This document shows positions 29,372 through 39,555 of a stretch of 64,000 nt of DNA, piece by piece. The notes beneath the pieces were generated by a model. That model worked only from the letters and a program-made list of their open reading frames with translations, was not told the origin of the DNA and did not search any database. Within the stretch, counting starts at the first letter, position 1. The number at the start of each line of letters is the position of its first letter. The stretch is from Spirochaetia bacterium. Lineage in GTDB: Bacteria; Spirochaetota; Spirochaetia; SZUA-6; Bin103. Where the stretch lies: contig CBDBOV010000006.1 of the NCBI GenBank assembly GCA_965208575.1, positions 480,001-544,000 of the forward strand. The letters are read 5' to 3'. A program made the position numbers and the translations under genes.

Positions 29372-30232
29372 TCACTTCTTGGGCGCTCCGTAGCGACCGC
29401 TACCGCCGCGCAGCCGGGGGTCGAGCAGGTCGCGGATCGCGTCGCCGAACATGTTGATGCCGTACACGACAACGGTCAGGCACAGGCCCGGCCAGATCGC
29501 CAGCCGCGGCGCGATGGTCATGTACTGGCGTCCCTCGCGGCTGAGCATGCCGCCCCAGCTCGGCACCGTGGTCGGCAGTCCGAAGCCGAGGAAGCTCAGC
29601 GACGCCTCGGCCACGATGATGGCGCCGATGGTGATCGAGAAGATGATGATGATGGGCGGCATGACATTCGGCAGCACGTGTCGCCACAGGATCTGTGCGG
29701 CGGGGCTGCCAACTGCTCGGGCGGCCTGGAAGTAGTCGTTCTCCTTGATGGCGATGACGGCACTGCGCATCACCCGGGAATTGCTGATGCCCGAGGAGAT
29801 GCCGAGCACGACAATGATCTGTAGCACACCACGGCCGGCCAGCGACATGATCGTCAGCAACAGCAGCAGCCCCGGCATCGACATCCACGCGTCGACGAAG
29901 CGTTGCACTATCAGATCGTATTTTCCGCCGAGAAACCCGGCGACGCCACCGACCAGCGCCGCGACCACCACGTGCAAGGTGGTCGCCGCCAGCCCGACAA
30001 ACAGCGACAGGCGCGCCCCGTGGATCAGCCGGCTCAGGAAGTCGCGTCCCAGCTGGTCGGTGCCGAGCGGATGCACGCTCGATGGCTCCGCCAGGCGATT
30101 ATCCAGGTTCATCTCGCCGAAACGAAATGGCGCCAGAACATCGGCAAAGACACTCACCAGGATCAACACCAGCAGGATGGCGGCCCCGACGGTACCCAAC
30201 GGATGCTCCCTGAGCAGTCTCTTCAGCAGCAT
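29372..30232 (-). CDS. ABC transporter permease, DppC-like
   Basis: LGTDQLGRD, EASLSFLG, PSWGGML. Confidence 0.93.
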   Translation of the reverse strand: MLLKRLLREHPLGTVGAAILLVLILVSVFADVLAPFRFGEMNLDNRLAEPSSVHPLGTDQLGRDFLSRLIHGARLSLFVGLAATTLHVVVAALVGGVAGFLGGKYDLIVQRFVDAWMSMPGLLLLLTIMSLAGRGVLQIIVVLGISSGISNSRVMRSAVIAIKENDYFQAARAVGSPAAQILWRHVLPNVMPPIIIIFSITIGAIIVAEASLSFLGFGLPTTVPSWGGMLSREGRQYMTIAPRLAIWPGLCLTVVVYGINMFGDAIRDLLDPRLRGGSGRYGAPKK

Positions 30233-30237
30233 ACCCG

Positions 30238-31200
30238 CTACCGGTAGCGCACGCGCGGGTCGAGCAACCCGTAGAGCAGATCGACCACCAGGTTGATGAC
30301 CACCACGCCGGCGGCAAAGACCAGGTTTACGCCGGAGACCATCGGGTAATCTCGGTCGACGAGGGCATTCACCAAGAGACGCCCGATCCCCGGCAGGTTG
30401 AAGATGTTCTCCATTATTACCGATCCGCCGATCAGGATGGGGAGCTGCAGACCGGTGAGGGTGATCACCGGAATGAGGGCATTCTTGATGGCGTGCCTGA
30501 CGACGACCACTCGTTCCCGCAGGCCCTTGGACCAGGCCGTTCGTACGTAGTCTTGCCTGAGCACCTCCAGCATCATGGTGCGGGTCATGCGCATGGTCGC
30601 GGCGGCGAAGTAGGTGCCCAGAATCAGACTGGGGACGATGAACACGCCGAGATTGCCGAGCAGGTCATCGGAGAGGGCAATCATCCGAATCGGCGGGGTC
30701 CAGTTCCACCAGATCGCCGGAAAGACAATGACCAGCAGACCCAGCCAGAAGTTGGGCGTCGCCAATCCGACTACCGCTAGGGAACGCCCAGCGTAGTCGG
30801 CGAGCGTGTTACGGCGGATCGCCGAGTAGATGCCCACCGGCAGCGCGATGATGAGCCCGATGGCGATTGACAGAAGGCCAAGCTCGAGGGTGACCGGCAA
30901 CCTGCGGAGAATCTGCTCCTCTATCGTAATGGCGCTGCCAAGCAGCGACTTCCCGAGCGTGCCGTCCAGCACGATGCCGCCGATCCAGCGCGCGTACTGC
31001 ACGTGCGCAGGCACATCAAGGCCGAGAAAGCGCTCGAGCTCTGCGCGAGTTTCAACAGTTCCTCCAGAAATACTGCTGGTCAAAAGCATCGCGTCGATAA
31101 CATCACCGGGGATGAAACGGATGAGCAGGAACACCAGGATGCTGACCAACAACAACGTCGGGATCATCAGCAGCAGCCGTCTAATGATGTAGGCTCTCAT
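30238..31200 (-). CDS. ABC transporter permease, DppB-like
   Basis: QDYVRTAWSKGL, KNALIP, RDYP. Confidence 0.93.
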   Translation of the reverse strand: MRAYIIRRLLLMIPTLLLVSILVFLLIRFIPGDVIDAMLLTSSISGGTVETRAELERFLGLDVPAHVQYARWIGGIVLDGTLGKSLLGSAITIEEQILRRLPVTLELGLLSIAIGLIIALPVGIYSAIRRNTLADYAGRSLAVVGLATPNFWLGLLVIVFPAIWWNWTPPIRMIALSDDLLGNLGVFIVPSLILGTYFAAATMRMTRTMMLEVLRQDYVRTAWSKGLRERVVVVRHAIKNALIPVITLTGLQLPILIGGSVIMENIFNLPGIGRLLVNALVDRDYPMVSGVNLVFAAGVVVINLVVDLLYGLLDPRVRYR

Positions 31201-31361
31201 GAAGCGTGGTGCTGTTGGGGTAGGCGTTGGAACGGCGGCTCTCTCACCGCCATCCCAACGCCGCGATCATGGAGTCGCGCAGCGACTCCTAAAGCCAACG
31301 GCGAAGCCGCTCGTGGACCCCGCCTCAGGCGGGTCCTCAATGAATCGGCGCAGCCGATTCA

Positions 31362-33140
31362 TCAGAACCCCATCGATTTCTTCAGATCGAGGTCGAGCCA
31401 GAGGCGCGCCAAGACAGGGGCGCGACTCCAATTTATGAACTCGCCGTCGTAGCCCTTGACCCAGGGCTGGTTCACATTGAGATTCGGTGCCTTGCCGCCC
31501 CACACGTAATAGTGGTTTCGCAACATGAGTAGGAGCGCTTCCTGCGAAGCCCTCTGCTGCTCCTCGAGAGTAGACGCGCTTTGCGCGGCCTGAAACAGGG
31601 CATCGAACTCCGGGTTCGACACACCGGCGGGGTTCCATCCCGCGGTTGAGAGGCTCTGCGCCAACGGAGACAGCTCACCCCACGTATTCCCCACCGGATA
31701 GGAGGTCATGCTTTGGTAATCATGATTATTGATCCCAGCCGCCCAATCAGCGGTGGACGTGACCTGTACCTCGACGTCGATACCAACCTCGAGAAGCTGC
31801 TCCGCCATGATCTCGAATATGTTCACATCGTAGACATCTCTTGCCTCGATGTTGGTTTTGAACCTGATACCATCGGCGCCGCGCGGGTAGCCGGCATCGT
31901 CGAGGAGCTTCTCTGCCTCGGCCGGGTTGTACCGGTAGAACTTCTTGATCTCCTCGGGCCACTCGTCGAATGGCGGTGAATACCCTACGATGTCGATCGC
32001 CGTGTGGGCCTCAGGCGTCGCTCTCCCCCTGCCCTTCCAGTAGGAGTCGTTGATCGCTTCCACATCGAGTGCCATCTGGACCGCGTGGCGAACTCTGAGG
32101 TCGTTGGTCGGCTCCACGGCGAGATTCATCGCAAGACCCATTCCGCTCTCATAATACTCCGTGACCTGGGTTTCGGGATTGGTCCGCGTGAGATCCTCAA
32201 CAACGTCGACACTGTATATATGCGAATAGGAGAGCCCACCCAAGTAGTCGATCTGGCCCGACCGGAATGCTGCCAAACGCGTCGACTCCTCGGGCATCAC
32301 CAACCACACGATCTCGTCGATATAGGGCAGGCGATTGTCCGGGTACTTCTCGTCGAACGCCCAGTAGTTGGGGTTCTTGGTGTAGCTCAGGGAGCTGCCC
32401 TCGACCCAGTCGACCAGCTCATAGGGGCCGGTGCCAACCAGGTTGCGCCAATCCAAGAGGTCGCCGTGCTCTTCGATGACCTCTGGCGGCATGATGTTAC
32501 TGGTGTAATGGTAGAGGATCGTCCGCTCCGCGGCGAAATTGGGCTCCTTTAGCCGAAAGACGACCGTATGGTCGTCGGTGGCCGTTACCGATTCGATGCC
32601 GATGTCGTCGAGCTGCGACTGCTGCGCCACGATGGGGCTGCCTTCGGTGTAGCCACTGCCCAGCCCCAAATAGCGGTGCCAGTTGTATTCCACATCCTTG
32701 GCAGTGAGCTCCCGACCATTCATCGGCGCCTTGTCGTGCCAGTGGACGCCGCTTCGGATCCGGACCGCAAGCGTCACCGGGTCGGTCCATTCCCAGCTCT
32801 CGGCCAACTCACCGGCTATCGCGAAGAGAGGCAGATACCCCGATTGAAAACCGAATCGCTGCCTGTCTATCGCCCAGTCCGCGATGCCCAGCTTCTCGTT
32901 CGTGAACATCCAGGCAACCTGACCCACGTGCCCTTGCCAGGGGTCGGAATTCGCAGGCTCGGCGACCGACCCGAAGGTGATGGTGCCGCCGTACTCGGGC
33001 GCGGTCACCATCTTGCCGGTGGCTGGGTCGCGCACCATTTCCTTCTCGGCCGCGGATGCTTCCTCGCCCTCGGCGGCGGCGAACGTAACGGTAGCCACCA
33101 GCGCGAACGCCAGCGGCAGCAATAGGAGTCTTGGAGTCAT
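31362..33140 (-). CDS. ABC transporter substrate-binding protein, family 5 (SBP5)
   Basis: RBS, signal peptide, family-5 motifs; closest to SBP8. Confidence 0.93.
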   Translation of the reverse strand: MTPRLLLLPLAFALVATVTFAAAEGEEASAAEKEMVRDPATGKMVTAPEYGGTITFGSVAEPANSDPWQGHVGQVAWMFTNEKLGIADWAIDRQRFGFQSGYLPLFAIAGELAESWEWTDPVTLAVRIRSGVHWHDKAPMNGRELTAKDVEYNWHRYLGLGSGYTEGSPIVAQQSQLDDIGIESVTATDDHTVVFRLKEPNFAAERTILYHYTSNIMPPEVIEEHGDLLDWRNLVGTGPYELVDWVEGSSLSYTKNPNYWAFDEKYPDNRLPYIDEIVWLVMPEESTRLAAFRSGQIDYLGGLSYSHIYSVDVVEDLTRTNPETQVTEYYESGMGLAMNLAVEPTNDLRVRHAVQMALDVEAINDSYWKGRGRATPEAHTAIDIVGYSPPFDEWPEEIKKFYRYNPAEAEKLLDDAGYPRGADGIRFKTNIEARDVYDVNIFEIMAEQLLEVGIDVEVQVTSTADWAAGINNHDYQSMTSYPVGNTWGELSPLAQSLSTAGWNPAGVSNPEFDALFQAAQSASTLEEQQRASQEALLLMLRNHYYVWGGKAPNLNVNQPWVKGYDGEFINWSRAPVLARLWLDLDLKKSMGF

Positions 33141-33400
33141 AGCGTACTCCTCCTCGTTTTCGGGAGCGGTACTGCGTCCCTGTACCCGTGGTCTTGGGCC
33201 GGAAACTCCGACCCTTCTGGAATGGTCCTCGTAGATGTCGCACCCAAGGGCGCCGCGAGCGCCGCCCGGGATGGGCGTGGTGCGATGGGTGTGGATATGA
33301 ACGGGAGCGGATAGTCGTCAGCGGCGCGGATGACGGCAGAGTGGTGGATGCGGCTCGGTAAGCGGAAAGAGCGGTCAGTTACCGGGTGCTTGGTTTGTTG

Positions 33401-33476
33401 CGGAGCAGGACGGAGCAGGACGGAGCAGGACGGAGCAGGACGGAGCAGGACGGAGCAGGACGGAGCAGGACGGAGC
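33401..33476. repeat. 10-bp tandem repeat (CGGAGCAGGA)x7 plus partial, in SBP5 leader
   Basis: Direct reading; same unit x1 at 9498 and 25725, x3 at 38451, x2 at 42816 and 56359. Confidence 0.95.
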
Positions 33477-33549
33477 GGTAGCGAACTGACGGATGCGGCG
33501 GGCTGTGTGATCGCGCTTCATCCGCGCTTGTCCTCCTCCCGGAGCCATC

Positions 33550-33577
33550 ACTCTACCACACGCCCGGCCACGGTCAA
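33550..33577 (-). promoter_or_regulatory. Conserved SBP promoter (SBP5 copy)
   Basis: TTGACC-16nt-TAGAGT with TGn. Confidence 0.65.
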
Positions 33578-33756
33578 GTACGCGTTTGGCGGGTTGGCGG
33601 ACTGGTGGTTGCCACAGTTGCCTCGGAGCATATTCCGCTTCCAGTCGTGACCTGGATCCGTTCAGTCTGCAACGACCGGGCAAACCCTGCGGCTGCAAGC
33701 GGTCCGACATTGATCATGGTTCCCGTAGCGCCAGTGTCCAGGGCGAGAACGCCGGC

Positions 33757-34021
33757 TCACGATGCTGGTCCGTCTCCGTGCGATGCTTGCAACGCTCTCA
33801 ATCGCGTGAGAATGTCCGGCGCTTCCTTCAACTCGCACAGCGGTTGCAACTCGGCTTCAACCAAGGCCCAGTCGAGCCGGCGGCCTATGCGCAGCACTAT
33901 GCCTTCAATATCCGCCCAGTCACGCGAGCGATCAGCAAGGGCCGCCGATGAAGCAGAATTTCCAGCCGCGCTCCCGGCAGAACGACTGGATGTCATTCGC
34001 CAGCCGAAAGAGGTCGCGCAT
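33757..34021 (-). pseudogene. Nucleotidyltransferase-like gene with large internal deletion
   Basis: MRDLFRLANDIQSFCRERGWKFCFIGG joined out of frame to ADRSRDWADIEGI...LCELKEAP. Confidence 0.7.
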
Positions 34022-34238
34022 CCCGGATTCTGGCAAACATCGCCTGCTGCTGCACCAGCCCGGAGGTGGTGCGCACCGGACCCGCGAGCGTCGCTTCGAA
34101 CGCACCATTTAGTGCATCGATGTGGTCGGCCACCTCGACGTCGCGGAGTTCGGAGCGTCGCAGCGCCGCCAGCCTGGCGCCGGCAATACGCCACCGTTCG
34201 ACGAACCCGCGCAATTCGCCGTCAAGATCGCCCGCCAT
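33993..34238 (-). CDS. Small protein paired with nucleotidyltransferase (putative antitoxin)
   Basis: FVERWRIAGARLAALRRSELR...SGLVQQQAMF; overlaps start of NTase remnant. Confidence 0.65.
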   Translation of the reverse strand: MAGDLDGELRGFVERWRIAGARLAALRRSELRDVEVADHIDALNGAFEATLAGPVRTTSGLVQQQAMFARIRDARPLSAGE

Positions 34239-34345
34239 GAGAGGCAGTGTACGCGTTTCCGATCAGGTCCGACAACAATCCGAATTGCCTCACGTCTTGA
34301 GCGATCAAGCACCCGATCAGGCAACCGATCAAGTGACGCGTCAGC

Positions 34346-35323
34346 TCAGCGGGATCGTTCGAGCTTCTGCAGGGCCCGGGTGGCGCGCTCGGCGGCGCGG
34401 GCGCCTACCCCGCCGGCCACCCCGCCGCCGCCGCGCAGGCGCGGGTCCAGCAGGTCGCGCAGCGCGTCGCCCACCATGTTCAGGCAGTACACCACCAGGG
34501 TCAGCGCCACCCCAGGCCACATCGCCAGCCGCGGCGCCATCTCCATGTACTGCCGCCCCTCACGGCTCAGCATCGTGCCCCAGCTCGGCACGTCCGGCGG
34601 CAGCCCGAAGCCCAGGAAGCTCAGGCTCGCCTCCGCGATGATCGCCCACCCGATCGTGATCGAGTAGATGATGATGATCGGCGCCGTGATGTTCGGCCAC
34701 ACGTGGCGCAGCAGCGTCCGCCACGACGGGCTGCCGATGGCGTGCGCCGCCTCGAAGTAGGCGTTGCCCTTGATGCCGATCACCGCCCCCCGCACCACCC
34801 GCGAGTTGGCCACCCCGGAGGCCAGCGCCAGCATGCCGATGATCTGCGGGATGCCCTGGCCGACGATGGTCATGATGGTCAGCAGCAGCAGCAGGCCGGG
34901 AAACGACATCCAGGCGTCCACCAGGCGCTGCACCGCCAGATCCACCTTGCCGCCCACAAACCCCGCCACCCCGCCGATCAGCAGCGACACCACCACGCTC
35001 AGGGTGGTGGCGGCGAACCCCACCCCCAGCGACACCCGCGCCCCGTACAGCAGGCGGCTGAACAGGTCGCGGCCGATGTGGTCGGTGCCCAGCGGGTAGG
35101 TGCCCGACGGCCCCTTGAGGCGGTCGATCATGGTCATTTCCATGAAGTGATACGGCGCCAGCAGGTCGGCGAAGATCGCCACCAGGCACAGCAGCAGCAC
35201 GACCGCACCGCTGACCGCTCCCACCGGCCGCTCCCTGATCAGCCGGCGCAGCAGGTCGCGCAGGAACGACTGCCCCTTCGCCCCCCGCTCCGGCAGCGCC
35301 TTCGGCGCGGTCACCTCACCCAT
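34346..35323 (-). CDS. ABC transporter permease, DppC-like
   Basis: Nearly identical protein to 3083-4066. Confidence 0.93.
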   Translation of the reverse strand: MGEVTAPKALPERGAKGQSFLRDLLRRLIRERPVGAVSGAVVLLLCLVAIFADLLAPYHFMEMTMIDRLKGPSGTYPLGTDHIGRDLFSRLLYGARVSLGVGFAATTLSVVVSLLIGGVAGFVGGKVDLAVQRLVDAWMSFPGLLLLLTIMTIVGQGIPQIIGMLALASGVANSRVVRGAVIGIKGNAYFEAAHAIGSPSWRTLLRHVWPNITAPIIIIYSITIGWAIIAEASLSFLGFGLPPDVPSWGTMLSREGRQYMEMAPRLAMWPGVALTLVVYCLNMVGDALRDLLDPRLRGGGGVAGGVGARAAERATRALQKLERSR

Positions 35324-35392
35324 GGTGTCGCCTCCGTCACCCCGCGATTTCGAGGACGACCGCTGGTCAGCATTTTCGGACCACGCACCCCG

Positions 35393-36358
35393 TCACCCGT
35401 AGTGGACGCGCGGGTCCAGGTACGCGTACAGCACGTCGACGAGCAGGTTGATCACCATCACCGCGACGGCGAAGAACAGGTTGATCCCCGAGATCAGCGG
35501 GTAGTCACGATCGAACAGGGCGTCGATCATCAGCCGCCCCAAGCCGGGGATGGCGAACATCTGCTCCATGATCACCGAGCCGCCGACGATGATCGGTACC
35601 TGCAGTCCTACCAGCGTCACCACCGGGATCAGCGCGTTCTTGATCACGTGGCGCAGGATCACCAGCCGCTCCCGCAGCCCCTTGGCCCAGGCGGTGCGAA
35701 TGTAGTCCTGGCGCAGCACCTCCAGCATCATGGTGCGGGTCATGCGCATGGTGCTGGCCGCCAGGTAGGTGCCCAGGATCAGGCCCGGCACGATGAACAT
35801 GCTCAAGTGGCGCACCGGGTCGTCGCTCAGCCGCATCAGGCGCAACGGCGGCGACCACCCCCACCAGATCGCCGGAAACACCAGGATGATGGTGGCCAGC
35901 CAGAAGTTGGGCGTGGCCAGTCCGAAGATGGCGAAGGAGCGCCCCACGTAGTCGCCGACGGTGTCCTGCCGCACCGCCGAGTAGATGCCGATCGGCACCC
36001 CGATCAGCACCCCCACGATCACCGCCACCAAGCCCAATTCGATGGTGGTCGGCAGCCGGCCGCCGATCAGCTCGCCGACCGGTTCCGGCCGCAGCAGCGG
36101 GGTGCCCAGGTCGCCGCGCAGCAGAATCGCCCCCATCCAGCGCGCGTACTGCACGTGCACCGGCACGTCCAGCCCCAGCCGCCGCTCCAGCGCCGCCCGG
36201 TCGATGGCGGTGCCGCCGCCGGCCGCCTCCGCCATTCTGAACATCAGGAGGTCGACGGCGTCCCCCGGTATGAACCGCACCGACAGGAACACCAGAATCG
36301 TCAGCAGGAAGAAGGTCGGGATCAGCAGCAGGACGCGGCGGATGACGTACGCTCTCAT
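35393..36358 (-). CDS. ABC transporter permease, DppB-like
   Basis: Close paralog of 4079-5044. Confidence 0.93.
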   Translation of the reverse strand: MRAYVIRRVLLLIPTFFLLTILVFLSVRFIPGDAVDLLMFRMAEAAGGGTAIDRAALERRLGLDVPVHVQYARWMGAILLRGDLGTPLLRPEPVGELIGGRLPTTIELGLVAVIVGVLIGVPIGIYSAVRQDTVGDYVGRSFAIFGLATPNFWLATIILVFPAIWWGWSPPLRLMRLSDDPVRHLSMFIVPGLILGTYLAASTMRMTRTMMLEVLRQDYIRTAWAKGLRERLVILRHVIKNALIPVVTLVGLQVPIIVGGSVIMEQMFAIPGLGRLMIDALFDRDYPLISGINLFFAVAVMVINLLVDVLYAYLDPRVHYG

Positions 36359-36447
36359 GTCGGTGCAGACGCGGTCGCGTCTCGGCGGTCAAGCGCGAGA
36401 ACCCCGCCCTCGAGCGGGGTCCTCGCTACCTCGCAGCCCGCGGATCG

Positions 36448-38235
36448 CTAAGAGCCCAGCTCCCGCTTCAGATCCTGGTCCACCCACAGGTACATGAGAA
36501 CGGTGGACCGTTGCATCCCGCCGACATCGCCTTCCCCGTTGTAGCCCTTGATCCACGGCTGGGTGGCGCCGAACAGGGGAGCAACCGGCCCCCTGATCAT
36601 CCACAGCTGCTCGGCGATGCGCAGGTTGGCCTGCCGCGCCCACTCCTGCTGCTCCTCTACCGTGGTAGCGGCCAGCGCTTTCTCGTAGATTTCGTCGAAT
36701 ACCGGGTCGTTGTTGTTGTTGGGGTTCCAGCCGGCTTTCGACCAGTAAGAGTTTATCGGGGCAAGGCCACTGGGATACTCGGCAGCCCATACGTCGGTGC
36801 GCAAGCCTGGATATCCGTGGCTCATGCCCCACTCGCTATTCTGCGCGCGAGTTATTTCCTCGATCTCGACGTCGATGCCGATCTGCCGGAGGTAATCCAT
36901 GGCGATCTGGTAATAGCCGAGGTCGAAGAACTCGTAGTGCGAATAGATGGTGCTGAACCGGATGCCGTCTTCACCGCGCGGATAGCCGGCATCGTCGAGC
37001 AGCCTCTCGGCTTCCTCGGGGTCGTACCGATAGTATTGCTGGGTCTCCTCGGGCCACTCCTCGAACGGGACGGCATACCCGAGCACCCTGGCGCCGGTGG
37101 CCCCTTGCGGGCTTGCATCGCCCCAACCCTGCTGGTAATTCTCGGCGATGGACTCGTGGTCGATGGCCAGGCTGAGGGCCTGGCGCACGCGGATGTCGCT
37201 CCAGGGCTCCTTCTGGAGGTTGAAACCGAACGCGGTCTCCGACCGGTAGGAATACGGGTGCAGCACCAGGTCGGGTTTGGTCTTCTGCAGATTGACCGCC
37301 GAGTCGACACTGGTGAGATGGGAGTTGAGTCCGAACCCAATCCAGTCCGCCTGTCCGGAGCGCATCAGTGAGGTGATGGCTGTCATGTCGTTGACGACCA
37401 GGAACTCGATGGTGTCCGCGTAGGGCAAACGATTGTCCGGGAATTTCGGGTCGAAACCCCAATAATCGTCGATCTTGGTGTAGGTCCAGGAGCTGCCCTC
37501 CACCACGTCGGTCAGTTGAAAGGGGCCCGTTCCGGTCACGTTGCGCCAGTCCTGAATGTCTCCGAACTCATCGACCACCTCGCGGGCGACGATGTAGCCA
37601 TGCTCTGCCACGAGCATGCGGCTGAACGCGGTGACACTGGGCTCCTGCAGCTTGAATACCACCGTCGAATCGTCGGTAGCGGCAACCGATTCCCACTTTA
37701 TGTTGCAGATATCGAAGCCCCCCGGGCAGTCCGGGCTCGGCTCGCCGCCGTCCACCCCGAACAGGAGCCGCTGCCAACTGTAGGCGACATCGTGCGCGGT
37801 GAGCTGCCGGCCGTTCACCGGCGCCTTGTCGTGCCAGAACACGCCGTCGCGGATCTTGAACACGGCGGTGAGCGGATCCGGCCTCTCCCAGCTCTCGGCC
37901 AGTTGTCCGACGAGGGCCTCGTCGGGCAGGAACAGCGTAGTGTAGCCGACCTTGCTCCGGTCGATCGCCCAGTCGCCCACGCCGAGCTTCTCGTTGACCA
38001 GCCCGATGAAGGCTCCCGCGGAGTAGCGGAAATAGGGGTCGATCCCCTCCGGCTTGAAGTTGATGACCGCCCTGATCGTGCCGCCATACTCGGGCGCGGT
38101 GACCATCTCGCCGGTGCTCGGGTCGAGCACCATCTCCTTCTCGGCCGCGGCCGCCTCCTCGCCTTCTCCGGCGGCAAACGTAACGGTAGCCACTAGCGCG
38201 AACACCAGCGGCAGAAATAGGAATCTTGGAGTCAT
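36448..38235 (-). CDS. ABC transporter substrate-binding protein, family 5 (SBP6)
   Basis: RBS, signal peptide, family-5 motifs; closest to SBP4. Confidence 0.93.
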   Translation of the reverse strand: MTPRFLFLPLVFALVATVTFAAGEGEEAAAAEKEMVLDPSTGEMVTAPEYGGTIRAVINFKPEGIDPYFRYSAGAFIGLVNEKLGVGDWAIDRSKVGYTTLFLPDEALVGQLAESWERPDPLTAVFKIRDGVFWHDKAPVNGRQLTAHDVAYSWQRLLFGVDGGEPSPDCPGGFDICNIKWESVAATDDSTVVFKLQEPSVTAFSRMLVAEHGYIVAREVVDEFGDIQDWRNVTGTGPFQLTDVVEGSSWTYTKIDDYWGFDPKFPDNRLPYADTIEFLVVNDMTAITSLMRSGQADWIGFGLNSHLTSVDSAVNLQKTKPDLVLHPYSYRSETAFGFNLQKEPWSDIRVRQALSLAIDHESIAENYQQGWGDASPQGATGARVLGYAVPFEEWPEETQQYYRYDPEEAERLLDDAGYPRGEDGIRFSTIYSHYEFFDLGYYQIAMDYLRQIGIDVEIEEITRAQNSEWGMSHGYPGLRTDVWAAEYPSGLAPINSYWSKAGWNPNNNNDPVFDEIYEKALAATTVEEQQEWARQANLRIAEQLWMIRGPVAPLFGATQPWIKGYNGEGDVGGMQRSTVLMYLWVDQDLKRELGS

Positions 38236-38568
38236 GATGTACTCCTCCTCTTATTCGGGAGCGGGACTGCGTCCCGGTACCCGTGGTCTTGGGCCGGCAA
38301 CTCCGGCCTTTTCGAATGGTCGTAGTATTCGCGGCGCGGGATAGTGGATCGATGGGTATGAATACGGACGGGAGCCGCTACTAGCCCGTCAGCGGCGCGG
38401 TGGTGCGGTGAGCGGAGAGAGCGGTCAGTTACCGGTTGCTTGGCGTGTTGCGGAGCAGGACGGAGCAGGACGGAGCAGGACGGAGCGCTAACGCTTGCAG
38501 CGAACGGGCGGCCGCGGCGGGCTGTGTGATCGCGCTTCATCCGCGCTTGTCCTCCTCCCGGAGCCATC

Positions 38569-38596
38569 ACCGTACCACACCGCCGGTATCCGTCAA
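38569..38596 (-). promoter_or_regulatory. Conserved SBP promoter (SBP6 copy)
   Basis: TTGACG-16nt-TACGGT with TGn. Confidence 0.6.
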
Positions 38597-38757
38597 GTAC
38601 GCGTTTTGCGCACGATACTCTCCCGCCGGCCGAACACCCCGGCTTGAACTACGACCAGCCCAGGAGCGGAACAAACGCGTAACCGCTCGACACCGGGTTC
38701 ACAAGACAACGGCGGTTCGGTCAGACGTGTAGCCGTCTCAGAACGGTCGGCGAACCG

Positions 38758-39543
38758 CTACTCGCTGAGCAGATCGACGAAGCGCCGGTTGATGTAGTAG
38801 TTCTCGCGGCCCCGCCGGATGCGCTCCAAGGACCCGAGTTGAGTCATTTTTTCAAGGTAGCGTCGGGCCGTGAGGCGGCCGCATCCGAGTTCCCGCTCCA
38901 CTATGCCAATCTTGCAGTACGGCCACTTGGCGGCGCGGGCGCCTACCCCGCCGGCCAGCGAGCCGCCGCCGCGCAGGCGCGGGTCGAGCAGGTCGCGCAG
39001 CGCGTCGCCGACCATGTTCAGGCAGTACACCACAGGGTCGGCGCCACCCCCGGCCACATCGCCAGCCGCGGCGCCATCTCCATGTACCGCCGCCCCTCGC
39101 GGCTCAGCATCGTGCCCCGACTCGGCACGTCCCAAGCGCTGCACCGCCAGGTCCACCTTGCCGCCCACGAACCCCGCCACCCCGCCGATCAGCAGCGACA
39201 CCACCACGCTCAGGGTGGTGGCGGCGAACCCCACCCCCAGCGACACCCGCGCCCCGTACAGCAGGCGGCTGAACAGGTCGCGGCCGATGTGGTCGGTGCC
39301 CAGCGGGTAGGTGCCCGACGGCCCCTTGAGGCGGTCGATCATGGTCATGTCCATGAAGTGATACGGCGCCAGCAGGTCGGCGAAGATCGCCACCAGGCAC
39401 AGCAGCAGCACGACCGCGCCGCTGACCGCTCCCACCGGCCGCTCCCTGATCAGCCGGCGCAGCAGGTCGCGCAGAAACGACTGCCCCTTCGCCCGCTTCG
39501 CTCCCGGCGCCGGTAGCGCCTGTGGCGCGGTCACCTCACCCAT
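38758..39543 (-). pseudogene. Internally deleted DppC fused to a Fic-like C-terminal HTH fragment
   Basis: DppC N terminus, deletion after VQRL, tail then PYCKIGIVERELGCGRLTARRYLEKM...GRENYYIN. Confidence 0.78.
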
Positions 39544-39555
39544 GGCGGCACCCCG

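Noticed and set aside
33401-33476. Possible CRISPR array at the 10-bp, 9-bp or 12-bp repeats
   Set aside because: Units are contiguous with no spacers, too short, and no cas genes are present
34255-34345. Imperfect 12-bp repeats (CCGATCA[A/G]G) as iterons
   Set aside because: Only three or four degenerate units; more likely a remnant low-complexity coding linker (DQAPDQATDQV)
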